A stretch of 52,258 nt of DNA from NCBI GenBank assembly GCA_005223125.1, contig NJBH01000029.1:1-52258 (forward strand). The letters are read 5' to 3'. The translations under genes and the position numbers were made by a program. The first letter of the stretch is position 1. Each line of letters starts with the position of its first letter. This stretch comes from Promethearchaeota archaeon Loki_b32 (lineage in GTDB: Archaea > Asgardarchaeota > Lokiarchaeia > Sigyniarchaeales > SOKP01). This document shows, one piece after another, positions 9,907-20,170 of this stretch. The notes under the pieces were generated by a model. That model was not told where the DNA came from, did not search any database, and was given only the letters and a program-made list of their open reading frames with translations.

Positions 9907-10890
9907 TCAGTCTTTATTACTAATAACAATATTTTTGAGAGTTTCTAAAAAGAAATCATTTTCTTTTTTAGAACCTATAGTTACTCTGAAATATTCTGAA
10001 CCTAATTGATTTGATGCATCATAAACTAATACTCCCAATTCTGCTAGCTTTTCAGAAATGCCTTGTAATTCGGTTTTCATAAGTATAAAATTCGTATAAC
10101 TTGGATACACAACAACCCCTAATTCTAAAACAAAATCAATAATTCTTCTTTTTTCAGTTTCAACTTCATTAATGTAATCTGTCATATAATTCTGATGCAT
10201 TAAAGCTTTTATCCCTGCAATCACACTAGGATAAGGTAACATAATTTCTAGTCCCTGGAACTTTTTACATATTAAATCTCCAGCAATTAAATATCCAATT
10301 CCAGATCCTGCTAATCCAAAAGATTTGCTTAATGTTCTTAATATCGCGAGATTAGGATATTTATTTATTAATTTAACATAACTGACTTTAGAGAATTCAA
10401 AATACGCCTCATCAATCAATAAGATTGCATTTTTATGTTCTAAGATAGTTTCAATATCATCTTGAGTCAATATCAAACTTCCTGTTGGATTATTGGGGTT
10501 ATCAAACACTAATAAGGATGGTTTTTTCAATTCATGATGTAAAGGCTCTAAAGAAATTTTGAAATCCGGTTCACTTAATTTGATTTTCAACGATGCAGAA
10601 TCAGCATTTTGAGCTGAATTATTTATAATAACAAATGTAGGCTCAGCAATTATTATTTTTCTATTATTTGAAAAGAGGAACATAAATTCTTTAATTAAAA
10701 GATCTGAACCTGTACTTAAAACTATTGCCTCGGATGGAACCTTAGCATAAAGAGATAATAGATTCATTAAAGTATCCACTTCTTTTTGTGGGGTATAACG
10801 ATTAATTAGATTGATACACTCTTTAACTGAATGAATTATTTCTTTCGGAGGTGCTTTATACATCTCATTCATATTTAATTTTATCTTCAT
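9907..10890 (-). CDS. Histidinol-phosphate aminotransferase-like class I/II PLP enzyme
   Basis: NPNNPTG, IDEAYFEF, RTLSKSFGLAG, FRVTIG. The usual Arg of AGLRIG is missing, so hisC function is uncertain. Confidence 0.75.
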   Translation of the reverse strand: MKIKLNMNEMYKAPPKEIIHSVKECINLINRYTPQKEVDTLMNLLSLYAKVPSEAIVLSTGSDLLIKEFMFLFSNNRKIIIAEPTFVIINNSAQNADSASLKIKLSEPDFKISLEPLHHELKKPSLLVFDNPNNPTGSLILTQDDIETILEHKNAILLIDEAYFEFSKVSYVKLINKYPNLAILRTLSKSFGLAGSGIGYLIAGDLICKKFQGLEIMLPYPSVIAGIKALMHQNYMTDYINEVETEKRRIIDFVLELGVVVYPSYTNFILMKTELQGISEKLAELGVLVYDASNQLGSEYFRVTIGSKKENDFFLETLKNIVISNKD

Positions 10891-11066
10891 AATTTTAAAA
10901 CCAAGGAATTGTAAATAAAATGATAAAGATGGAAAATTCTATTCATAGTATACTCAATTAAGATAATTGAGATCTTGAATTAAAAATGTTTTTTTATTGA
11001 ATCTACCTTTAATATCTAATAATCTAGAATATTTTTTAATCAATATCATAATGGGGATATATTAAG

Positions 11067-12353
11067 ATGCCTACTTGGTATGAATCTCAGGTAATTAAAG
11101 ACCTAATGCCAATTTTGGGAGCGAGAGCAGTAAGAGGAATAGAAACTAATTTTTTCTTATCAAGAATATATACAGGTAAATCTGCTCTACTAAAAGTTGC
11201 ACGATATTTAGAGGCAGGTATTAACAAGGAGAAAAGAAGAGCCTTAATAATTACTGATTCATTTACTAAAAAATTTGTTAAAAATATAGAAGAATACCTT
11301 AAATTAATCGATATGAATTATAAAGTTTGGTCAGGTGTTTTACCAGAAGTCCCTTTCCCAACCATAGATGAAGGAGCAAAAGTTTGTGAAGAATATAACC
11401 CAAAAATATTAATTGCCATTGGAGGAGGTAGCGTGATGGATACAGCTAAAATGATTTTGGTAAAATATGAAAAACCTGAGCAAAATCTTTTTATGATTTT
11501 ACCTAGCATCGGTGCGGCTCTCGGACTACGCAAAAAAATAAAGTATTTAATCGCGATTCCAACTACAGCAGGAACAGGATCTGAAGTTGCTACAGCTGCT
11601 TTAATAACTGATACTTCGAGAGATCCTCCAAAAAAAATAGAAGTTGTTCATGAGGAATTATTGGCTGATATTACTATATTAGATCCAGAGTTCATTAAAG
11701 ATTTGCCGCCATTTTTAACAATGGCTACAGGTTTGGATGCATTAGCACACGCAATGGGATCATTTACTACAAATTGGGGCAATCCTTATTTTGATGCTAC
11801 AAATAAAGCTACAATTCAAGAAATCATAAAATATCTACCTCGTTCTTATAAATATGGTGGAAGAGATATGGAAGCTAGAAGTCATATGCAGGTAGCTTCA
11901 ACATTAGCTGCATTTGGATCATATGGAAATCAAGCTCCGGGGATAAATCATGCTTTAGGCCATAGTTTTGGTAAGATTTTTAGTATCCATCATGGTATTG
12001 CTGTTAGCTTGTTCTTATCGTATGGCATAACTTTTAAAGCGAAAGTTACTGAAAGATGGATGCAATTATGCCCTATTTTTGGTCTGACATTGGAAAATAA
12101 AAGTAGAGATGAATCGTTAAAAGAGTTTATTCATTCACTTAAAAATTTCATCCATTCAGTTGATGGCCCGACTTGTGTTAAGGATATCAAAGAACCAAAA
12201 ATAAGTAAAGAAGAATATTTCGGAAAAATTGATAAATTAGCTGACTACGCCATGAATGATGCTGTGACGTTAACATCCTATCGTCCTATTAATGAAGAAC
12301 TATATAGGAAAATATTTGAATATGCTTGGGATGGAGAGTTTATTGATTTTTAA
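11067..12353 (+). CDS. Iron-containing (type III) alcohol dehydrogenase
   Basis: IAIGGGSVMDTAK, IPTTAGTGSE, metal ligands in GLDALAH, NHALGH and IHHG. Confidence 0.92.
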   Translation: MPTWYESQVIKDLMPILGARAVRGIETNFFLSRIYTGKSALLKVARYLEAGINKEKRRALIITDSFTKKFVKNIEEYLKLIDMNYKVWSGVLPEVPFPTIDEGAKVCEEYNPKILIAIGGGSVMDTAKMILVKYEKPEQNLFMILPSIGAALGLRKKIKYLIAIPTTAGTGSEVATAALITDTSRDPPKKIEVVHEELLADITILDPEFIKDLPPFLTMATGLDALAHAMGSFTTNWGNPYFDATNKATIQEIIKYLPRSYKYGGRDMEARSHMQVASTLAAFGSYGNQAPGINHALGHSFGKIFSIHHGIAVSLFLSYGITFKAKVTERWMQLCPIFGLTLENKSRDESLKEFIHSLKNFIHSVDGPTCVKDIKEPKISKEEYFGKIDKLADYAMNDAVTLTSYRPINEELYRKIFEYAWDGEFIDF

Positions 12354-12374
12354 TTAGAAATTCGATGATAAAAG

Positions 12375-14255
12375 ATGAGTAAAAATTTATTAGGTTATAA
12401 TGGAAAAATTGCGTATATTGATTTAAATCGTCAAAAAGTTGATGTAAAAGAGCTAGATCCTCAGATAGCGAGAGATTATCTTGGAGGAACAGGATTAAGT
12501 GCTAAATTAACGTATGATTTGTTATTAAGTGAGGATTATGAAGTACTGAAAGAAAATCCTCTTTCAGAGAAAAATCCTTTAATTTTTGCTACTGGACCGG
12601 TAACAGGAACAATAAGACCTTCTTCTGGAAGATATTCTGTAACAGGTATTTCACCTCTTACTAGAATTTGGGGAGAAGGAACATCAGGGGGTTTTTTCTG
12701 TATTTCACTAAGGAATAGTGGATATGATGCGATTGTAATTGTCGGTAAATCTAAAGATCCTATCTATTTGTATGTTCATGAGCAAACAATTGAATTTAAA
12801 GATGCAAGTAAGTTATGGGGAAAAGATACTTATGAAACACAGTCAATTATTAAAACTGAACTAAATAATGAAAGAGTTAGAGTTGCTACCATAGGAATTG
12901 GGGGAGAAAATTTAGTAAAATACGCAGGGATTATTAATGATGAAGGGAGAGCTATTGGAAGATGTGGATTAGGAACTTTAATGGCTTCTAAAAAATTAAA
13001 AGCAATTGCTATTCACGGAACTGAAAAAGTGAAAATAGTGGATACCATCGTTGGTAAAGAATTAATAAAGCAAGCAGAGGAAGCAAAAAAAGGGAATCTT
13101 CTTAAATCAACAACACCACTCTTATATTCATTATATGGAACAAACTGTTATCTTGATATTGGAATGGCACTTGGAGATACTCCAGCGTACTATTTTACCG
13201 ATACAGAATTTCCCGCTGAAAAATTAACAGGAAAAACTCTAAGAGAAGAATATCCTGTTTTAGACTATGGTTGCGCGGGCTGTACTATAAGATGTGGTAA
13301 ACAAACGATTATCGAGGATAATGGCAAAGAAATAATAGTTGATGGTCCTGAATATGAAACTGTAGCTGCATTTGGTCCTTTATGCGGTGTCTTTGACTCT
13401 AAGGATGTAATTTTAGCAAACCATTTATGCAATATTTATGGAATTGACACAATCTCATGTGGAGTGTGTATTGCTTTTTTAATATACTTAGTTGAAAATA
13501 ACAAAGGAAGTACAAAAATAAAAGAATTATTAGATGACGTTAATATTGAGGATATTAAATGGGGTAATGGTAAGCTAATTTTAAAACTAATTACTAAAAT
13601 TATAAGGCGAGAAGGTATAGGAGATTTATTAGCCGAGGGTGTACGAATCATTGCTGAAAAGTTAGGTGTTGATCCAGAGTTAGCCGCTCATGTAAAAGGT
13701 TTAGAAATGCCTATGCACGATCCAAGAGCATTTGCGGGACAAGCTTTAAGTTATATGACTTGTTATTTAGGAGCAAATCACCAGAAATGTGATTGGTATA
13801 GTGTAGAAATAACAACTACTTCATTTCCAGGTTTTCGTGTGAAAATTGGTAAAAAAAGAACATCAATCAAGGGGAGAGAAAAAGGAGTTATTGCTCTACA
13901 AGATATAAGGGCTATAGATGATTCTGCTGTTAATTGTGCATTTGTCAGTCCCACCTTAGATCATATCATTGGCCATATAAACGCTTCTACAGGTTTTAAT
14001 TATAACAAAAAATCAATTATGGAAGTCGGGGAACGGATTAACAACCTTAAAAGATTAATTAATTGTAAATTAGGAATTACGAGAGAAGATGATAAATTAC
14101 CTGGAATATTAAAACAAGAGTTAAAAACAGGTAAAACAATTCATGTTAAATTAGATTTAGAAGAAAATTTAAAAACTTATTATAAACGAAGAGGATGGGA
14201 TTGGGAAACTGGCAAACCTTCTGAAGAGAAATTAAAAGAACTTAACATAATTTGA
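12375..14255 (+). CDS. aor: Aldehyde:ferredoxin oxidoreductase (W-pterin family)
   Basis: YLGGTGL, SPLT..WGE, GRCGLG..M.SKKLKAI, CxxCxxxC (CAGCTIRC), DGPEYET, GIDTIS, HVKGLEMPMHDPR. Confidence 0.92.
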   Translation: MSKNLLGYNGKIAYIDLNRQKVDVKELDPQIARDYLGGTGLSAKLTYDLLLSEDYEVLKENPLSEKNPLIFATGPVTGTIRPSSGRYSVTGISPLTRIWGEGTSGGFFCISLRNSGYDAIVIVGKSKDPIYLYVHEQTIEFKDASKLWGKDTYETQSIIKTELNNERVRVATIGIGGENLVKYAGIINDEGRAIGRCGLGTLMASKKLKAIAIHGTEKVKIVDTIVGKELIKQAEEAKKGNLLKSTTPLLYSLYGTNCYLDIGMALGDTPAYYFTDTEFPAEKLTGKTLREEYPVLDYGCAGCTIRCGKQTIIEDNGKEIIVDGPEYETVAAFGPLCGVFDSKDVILANHLCNIYGIDTISCGVCIAFLIYLVENNKGSTKIKELLDDVNIEDIKWGNGKLILKLITKIIRREGIGDLLAEGVRIIAEKLGVDPELAAHVKGLEMPMHDPRAFAGQALSYMTCYLGANHQKCDWYSVEITTTSFPGFRVKIGKKRTSIKGREKGVIALQDIRAIDDSAVNCAFVSPTLDHIIGHINASTGFNYNKKSIMEVGERINNLKRLINCKLGITREDDKLPGILKQELKTGKTIHVKLDLEENLKTYYKRRGWDWETGKPSEEKLKELNII

Positions 14256-14298
14256 GATTTTTATATTTTTTACAATCATTATAAGATTAGTAATAAAA

Positions 14299-15423
14299 TT
14301 ATTCTATTTTAACTATTAATTCTTCTTTATATCCAGTTATAACTTTTCCAAATCCTATTAACATTTTATCAATTTCAATATTACCAGTATCAACCCTTAA
14401 ACATACTAGTTCCCTCATTTTATCTGTAGTTGCAATAATTTTTATATTGTTTTTTCCAACTTTTCTTAAAACTCTTGGAGTGATCTGTTTATTACCACGT
14501 CCAAAAATAAAACCTTGCCCTCCAACAGGAGAAATAATAATAATTGTCTTTTTATACTTATTTAATAATTCAAGAATAGCTTTTTCATTTAAATCCCTTC
14601 CAATAATTTTATTATCATAAATTGCATCAATTCCTAGAAGAGTTTTAGGTAAATTCAGATTGTCAGTAATTGTTTTTATCGTAGTGCCTGGTCCTAATAA
14701 ATATAAGATATTATCTTCCATATTTTCAATCATAAATTGAGCAATGTCTTGTTTATTTTCTTCAATTGTTCTCCCAGATCCACTACCAGTTTTTCCTGAT
14801 TGTATTAAATTTAAGACTTTGGGTACTTTGAGATATCCATAAAGTTTTGCTTGTAATATATCCTTGCGAAATAGATCCTCATTAATATCAAGAACTTCTT
14901 TTTCTTGAGTTTCAATAGTTCCTTCAATAAACTTATCAATGATTTCGGCAGCAGCTCTAGGATTAATAGCAAACACTGAACTAAACATTTTTACTCCTGC
15001 GGGTAATGCAACTACAGGCTTCTCTAACCCTATTGAATCAAAAATATCTCGTGCAGTTCCATCACCACCACAAAAAATGATTAGATCAATACTTTTTTCA
15101 ACCATTTGCTTTGCAATTCTCTTAGTATCCTCTTTTGTAGTCTCTGTACCAATTTCTCCTATGATTTCAAAATCTATACCCAGATCTTTGACAATGTCAG
15201 CTCCCATCTTACCTGGTGCAACTATTAAGATAATTTTTTCTTTATTTTTTACATTTAACAATAATTCATTTGCTCGGATAGGAGTCACTTGTGTAGCACC
15301 CATTTTTATTGCTTTTTTGTAAATGTCTCCATCTGTTCCTTTAAGTCCTACACTACCACCCATTCCCGCAATAGGATTTACAATTAAACCGATTTTTTTT
15401 TTATAGTTATGTTTAGTTTTCAA
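14299..15423 (-). CDS. ATP-NAD/AcoX kinase family protein
   Basis: IVNPIAGMGGSVGLKGTDG, GGDGTARD, GGQGFIFGRGN. Confidence 0.88.
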   Translation of the reverse strand: MKTKHNYKKKIGLIVNPIAGMGGSVGLKGTDGDIYKKAIKMGATQVTPIRANELLLNVKNKEKIILIVAPGKMGADIVKDLGIDFEIIGEIGTETTKEDTKRIAKQMVEKSIDLIIFCGGDGTARDIFDSIGLEKPVVALPAGVKMFSSVFAINPRAAAEIIDKFIEGTIETQEKEVLDINEDLFRKDILQAKLYGYLKVPKVLNLIQSGKTGSGSGRTIEENKQDIAQFMIENMEDNILYLLGPGTTIKTITDNLNLPKTLLGIDAIYDNKIIGRDLNEKAILELLNKYKKTIIIISPVGGQGFIFGRGNKQITPRVLRKVGKNNIKIIATTDKMRELVCLRVDTGNIEIDKMLIGFGKVITGYKEELIVKIE

Positions 15424-15542
15424 TTTTGGGGTTCATTCCTAATATTCTAACACTGAATCAATTAAATAGAAATTCTAATATTTATTAAAATATATTCATT
15501 TTGAACAATTAAACCTTTTAATTTTACACATTTTAAGCATCA

Positions 15543-16184
15543 ATGGAATATTGGAATAATAGATACTCAGATAAAGGAAATATCTGGGGAACCGAGCCTA
15601 GTATAACAGCAATTTACGCCCTTAAATTGTTTAAAAAGTATGATATTATAAAGATTCTAATCCCCGGTGCGGGTTACGGACGACATACAAGGTTCTTTTC
15701 AAAAAACAACTATGAAGTAACTGGTATTGAAATTTCTGAAATAGCACTGAATCTAGCAAAAGAATTTGATTCGAAATCTAAATTAATATTAGGTTCAGTG
15801 TTAGATATGCCTTTTAATAATGACACTTATGATGCTATATTTTGTTATAATGTTTTACACTTATTACTTAGTAACCAACGAATCTTATTCATAGAAAAAT
15901 GTTATAAGCAGCTAAAAGAATCAGGTTTCGTATTTTTTTCAGTATTTTCTGAACAAGAAAATAGTTTTGGGAAGGGTACTAAAATTGAGGAGAATACTTT
16001 CGAAAGTAAACCATATAGACCTACTCATTATTTCACAAAAGAGGATCTGTTGAAACATTTTAATTCTTATACAGTAATTGAAACTAATATTATTAAGGAA
16101 AAAGAAAATCATGTTGACCTTGGACCACATACTCACAAATTAAGATATATCTTTGCAAAAAAAAGGAAGAATGTTAAAATTTAA
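15543..16184 (+). CDS. Class I SAM-dependent methyltransferase
   Basis: ILIPGAGYGRH, GIEIS, YDAIFCYNVLHL. Confidence 0.88.
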   Translation: MEYWNNRYSDKGNIWGTEPSITAIYALKLFKKYDIIKILIPGAGYGRHTRFFSKNNYEVTGIEISEIALNLAKEFDSKSKLILGSVLDMPFNNDTYDAIFCYNVLHLLLSNQRILFIEKCYKQLKESGFVFFSVFSEQENSFGKGTKIEENTFESKPYRPTHYFTKEDLLKHFNSYTVIETNIIKEKENHVDLGPHTHKLRYIFAKKRKNVKI

Positions 16185-17330
16185 TTACATTTTAGGTATT
16201 GGATATTTTCCAAATTTATTGATTGTTTTTAGAATTGTTGGCACAAACTTTAACATATGCTGAAATGATGGAAAGCCTTCTGAAATGCCCATTAAGAAAT
16301 TATCTCCAGGTGCGGCATCATTTAACATCTCTATTGTTTTAACTCGGACAGCTTTTGGACCTTGCATACTGACAGGTTCTGGGAAATTTGCCCAAATAAC
16401 TTTATCCTTCCATAATTTCTTTGCTTCTGTAATAGTTAAATCGCCAACAGGGGGATGTGTAAAACTTTCTATTACATCTATATGTGTTTTTGCGATAAGT
16501 TCAGCAAGATGTTTTAGTGTACCGTCCATGTGAACAATATAAATCTTATCATGTTTATGAAGAATATCGGCAGCTTCATTATAAAAGGGAACATTATATT
16601 TTTCGAATAATTTTGGACTTGTGATTAAACTAGTAACATTATCTGGTGCCCAAATAACTTCTGCTGGAGATTCCGCTGCGATCTTGTAAATTTCAAGTTG
16701 TTTTTTGTAAATAGCTCGATAGAGATCATCGAATTCTTTTTGATGCATATAATAATCTAAAGCTAATTTTTTCGGTCCCATTAACATAATAAGTGATTGT
16801 AAAGGCGACTTCGGGACAAGACTATCAACAATACCAAAATTACCTAATATCATTTGTAGTTCTTTTATATCATCATAGTAGGGAGTATATTCAGCATCTT
16901 CTATAAGATATTTAATAACCTCATAATCCTTAAAATCTTTAATAAAATATCCATCTTCTTGGAACCAAGGGAGCTGAACCGACATATCTAAACCTTTAAC
17001 TGATGCCTTGAAAGTGGCTTCTCCTACAGGTGTGCTTAATTTTCCTAAGATATCGTGAGGTCCTTCCATTGCTATAAGAATATCTGCTGGAGACCAAGAA
17101 GTACGATTTCCATACTGATGAGTAATATCCATCGTAGCATTGGGGCAATTTACTTTATGTGTCTGAGTGACCAAGGGTGCGTGGAGACATAATCCTTTGT
17201 CTAATAGTTTGCGCCATGGTTCATAAACCGCAAGTCCCGCTAATTGAAGTGTTTCGAAATATATAGAAAATGGTATTATATCTGGCGCCTCTCGATGAAG
17301 GACTGCTAATATTCTATCTTTATTATTCAC
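16185..17330 (-). CDS. Uroporphyrinogen decarboxylase / MtaA-like methylcobamide methyltransferase family protein
   Basis: DRILAVLHREAPDIIP N-terminus, ITSPKLFEKY, HMDG. The GTG at 17330 overlaps the corrinoid gene stop (GTGA); the ORF track starts at 17342. Confidence 0.8.
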   Translation of the reverse strand: MNNKDRILAVLHREAPDIIPFSIYFETLQLAGLAVYEPWRKLLDKGLCLHAPLVTQTHKVNCPNATMDITHQYGNRTSWSPADILIAMEGPHDILGKLSTPVGEATFKASVKGLDMSVQLPWFQEDGYFIKDFKDYEVIKYLIEDAEYTPYYDDIKELQMILGNFGIVDSLVPKSPLQSLIMLMGPKKLALDYYMHQKEFDDLYRAIYKKQLEIYKIAAESPAEVIWAPDNVTSLITSPKLFEKYNVPFYNEAADILHKHDKIYIVHMDGTLKHLAELIAKTHIDVIESFTHPPVGDLTITEAKKLWKDKVIWANFPEPVSMQGPKAVRVKTIEMLNDAAPGDNFLMGISEGFPSFQHMLKFVPTILKTINKFGKYPIPKM

Positions 17331-17986
17331 GCTCCAACCCACCTCTTACATTTTTTAACGCCATCAATTGCATTGAGAGCCAATGCATCTGCTCCTATAT
17401 CTTCAACAAATTCTTGAGTAATAGGAGCACCACCAATAATCACCTTAACTTGATTTCGGATGTTAGCGTTTTCAAGCGCTTTCATTGTGTTACTCACCTC
17501 TGGCATAGTTAACGTAATCAGTGCTGAAATAGCGAGAATATCAGGTTTTTCATTTCTTACAACATCAACAAATTTCTCTGCTGGAACATCGACACCTAAG
17601 TCTATAACTTCAAATCCTTCCGCTTCAAGAAAAAAGCTAACAATATTTTTTCCAATATCATGCATATCACTCTTCGCTGTACCAATAACAACTTTGCCTA
17701 GATTTTTCTTTTTGCCAGAACCTTTTATATGTGGTTCTAAAATTTTCATAGACTTTTTTACAATTTCTGCCGCCATGAAAAGCTCAGGTAAAAAGAATTC
17801 TTCATTTTCAAATTTATCCCCTATTATTGTTAAAGCTTTTGTAATTGCCATCTCAATAAACTCATAAGGGTCTATTCCTTTAGCGATGGCTTCCTTACAT
17901 GCTCCTTTAGCACTCTTAATATCCATATTTACAGCAGCATTAATAAAATCTTCTGCAATTTTCTCTTTTGTCATTTTTTTATACAC
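17327..17986 (-). CDS. Corrinoid (cobalamin-binding) protein, MtaC/MttC-like
   Basis: FFLPELFMAAE cap domain, base-off DMHDIGKNIV, DLGVDVP, SAL, IIGGAP. Confidence 0.93.
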   Translation of the reverse strand: MYKKMTKEKIAEDFINAAVNMDIKSAKGACKEAIAKGIDPYEFIEMAITKALTIIGDKFENEEFFLPELFMAAEIVKKSMKILEPHIKGSGKKKNLGKVVIGTAKSDMHDIGKNIVSFFLEAEGFEVIDLGVDVPAEKFVDVVRNEKPDILAISALITLTMPEVSNTMKALENANIRNQVKVIIGGAPITQEFVEDIGADALALNAIDGVKKCKRWVGA

Positions 17987-18042
17987 TTTAAAAATTATGA
18001 ATTATTGAGTTTAATTCGTCCTTAAAATATTTATTCATATCT

Positions 18043-18906
18043 TTATTGTTCCAATTTATTCTTTTCCACTTCTTTACGAGCTTTCTTGTAATCTCGATCT
18101 AAGTACCACCTTACAATTTTAGGAAAAATTCTATTAAAATAACGAATTGGTCTTGCCATCCCTGGAGAAATGTGGAATTTATTTTTCAAGACTTTTTTGA
18201 TGACGTATTCTGCGACCTCTTCGGGTTCTATTAGACCTGCAGTTTCGGACATAATCGCACATTCTGGTGGTTTACCCTCATTTTCTGTTGTAAGTCCTGG
18301 TGTATTCGTATCGGGAGGATAAACTATTGAACATTTTATTTTATGAGGTTTTAATTCATTTCGTAAAGCTTCTGCTAATCCGACAATAGCAAATTTTGTA
18401 GGAACATATGCTCCAAATCCCATCATTCCCATATAACCCATCATAGATGAAAAGAAGATTAAATGTCCTTTTCTTTCTTTCATAAGATATGGGAGAATAA
18501 TTAGAGTAGGTACTAGTTGTCCATAGTAATTCAGATTCATATTCTCTTTAAAATCATCAAGAGTATATTTTTCAATATAGCCTGGGATTGCACGCCCCAC
18601 TAGATTGAATAAATAATCTGGAATTCCATGATTTTTAATAAAATCTTCAAGTAACGGTTTTAATTTCTCCATATCTGTGGCATCACAAGATATATTTTCT
18701 ACAAACTGAGACTGACTAGAAATGTGTTTCTTTATTTCTTCAGTAGCTTCTTTTAAAATATTTTGACGTCTTGCTATAATTAGTACATTACCACCTAATT
18801 GTACAAATTGTTTTGCTATTGCTCTTCCCATTCCCGATGATCCACCAATGAGAAAAGCGTTTCTTCCTTTAAAGGGTTGCTTTTTTATCAACTTTTCTTT
18901 TACCAA
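18043..18906 (-). CDS. SDR, 3-ketodihydrosphingosine reductase (KDSR)-like subfamily
   Basis: GGSSGMG, YVPTK, and VYPPDTNTPG...EN..KP motif characteristic of KDSR-like SDRs. Confidence 0.75.
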   Translation of the reverse strand: MVKEKLIKKQPFKGRNAFLIGGSSGMGRAIAKQFVQLGGNVLIIARRQNILKEATEEIKKHISSQSQFVENISCDATDMEKLKPLLEDFIKNHGIPDYLFNLVGRAIPGYIEKYTLDDFKENMNLNYYGQLVPTLIILPYLMKERKGHLIFFSSMMGYMGMMGFGAYVPTKFAIVGLAEALRNELKPHKIKCSIVYPPDTNTPGLTTENEGKPPECAIMSETAGLIEPEEVAEYVIKKVLKNKFHISPGMARPIRYFNRIFPKIVRWYLDRDYKKARKEVEKNKLEQ

Positions 18907-18926
18907 TTCTTTTCACCTCAATTAGA

Positions 18927-19346
18927 TCAAAAGATTCCTAGACCAAAAGCTCCATAAATAATAAAAATTGGACCAAATATTAAAGTTAGGATGACTACTC
19001 CTATGGTAACTACCACATCAAATCCATATTCCTCTCTATTAAATTTCCCATTTTGAATATCAAAAACAAGATCTATAATACCTAAAAACATCATACCACT
19101 ACCTGCGAGAGCGGAAAAAAAATATCCATATTTTTGTTCTGATAATAATCCTATAGCTGCTATAATAAGGTTTGGTACAATCCAGCCCAAATCTGGAAAA
19201 GGAAAGGACATTTCGTGTTTCCGTTCGACTTCTGACATTTTGGGATTTTTATATTCTGTAAAGTAAAATACAAGCCAAAATCCAATGAAGAGTAATACCC
19301 ATATTATTTGAAATATTGCTATTATAATATTTAACAAATTTTTCAC
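18927..19346 (-). CDS. Small 4-TM membrane protein
   Basis: Four hydrophobic segments, SFPFPD motif; TTG start after GAGGTG. Confidence 0.7.
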   Translation of the reverse strand: MKNLLNIIIAIFQIIWVLLFIGFWLVFYFTEYKNPKMSEVERKHEMSFPFPDLGWIVPNLIIAAIGLLSEQKYGYFFSALAGSGMMFLGIIDLVFDIQNGKFNREEYGFDVVVTIGVVILTLIFGPIFIIYGAFGLGIF

Positions 19347-19360
19347 CTCTGTTTAAAATT

Positions 19361-20170
19361 TTATATATCTGATTTAAAATAATGTGCTTGAACACCGACT
19401 TCTGCAATTCCCCCATCAACGATGAAGTTATGACCCGTGATGAAATTTGACGCTGGTGAAGCCAAGAAAATGGAAACATTAACAACATCTTCTACTGTAC
19501 CGTACCTATTCAATGGAGTTTTCACATGACCTTCATTCATTGTCATCTTCATGGCTTCTAAATTATTTCTATAAGCTCCTGTTAAATGATATCCAGGTGA
19601 AATCGCATTAACAGTTATTTTTGGAGCTAAGCTTTGAGCAAGTAATTGCATCATTGCGATAATACCAGCTTTACTTATGGAATATATTGGAGTTCCGCCA
19701 TCTACCTTTACACCTGCTATTGAGGCGGTATGAATAACTTTTCCCGCAAGTGGTTCAAATTTTTGTTTCTTCATTCTTCTCCCTATTTCTTTTGCTACTA
19801 ACCATTGTCCCTTAAGATTAAGAGCTATTGTTCTATCAAAAATATCTTCTTTAACTCGCAGTAAATCAAAAAAGCCAAAACCTCCTCCTGCATTGTTATT
19901 TAAAATATAGATGTTATCAAATTCTTTGAATGCTTGCTTAGCCATATTTTGAACTTGATCTGATTTTGTTACATCACATAAAATTGGAATTACTTTTTGA
20001 CCAGTTTCTTTTTCTACTTTTTTAGACGTCTCTTCTAATAAATCCTCATTTATATCAACTAGTATTAAATCTGCTCCTCTTTGTGCATAAGCAAATGCGA
20101 ATCCTCTTCCAAAACCTGATGCCCCTCCTGTTATTAGAGCACCCCTTCCTTCCAGAAATTTATCAGTGAT
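19361..20170 (-). CDS. SDR (FabG-like); reading frame extends upstream of the called ATG, probable ATC start
   Basis: An in-frame extension of 75 codons carries ALITGGASGFG and CDVT; the called part has NNAG and YSISK. No ATG/GTG/TTG before the upstream TAA. Confidence 0.8.
   Translation of the reverse strand: MTDKFLEGRGALITGGASGFGRGFAFAYAQRGADLILVDINEDLLEETSKKVEKETGQKVIPILCDVTKSDQVQNMAKQAFKEFDNIYILNNNAGGGFGFFDLLRVKEDIFDRTIALNLKGQWLVAKEIGRRMKKQKFEPLAGKVIHTASIAGVKVDGGTPIYSISKAGIIAMMQLLAQSLAPKITVNAISPGYHLTGAYRNNLEAMKMTMNEGHVKTPLNRYGTVEDVVNVSIFLASPASNFITGHNFIVDGGIAEVGVQAHYFKSDI

Noticed and set aside
16185-17986. Pyrrolysine-dependent methylamine methyltransferase system
   Set aside because: No Mtt/Mtb/Mtm gene or amber-interrupted ORF is present.
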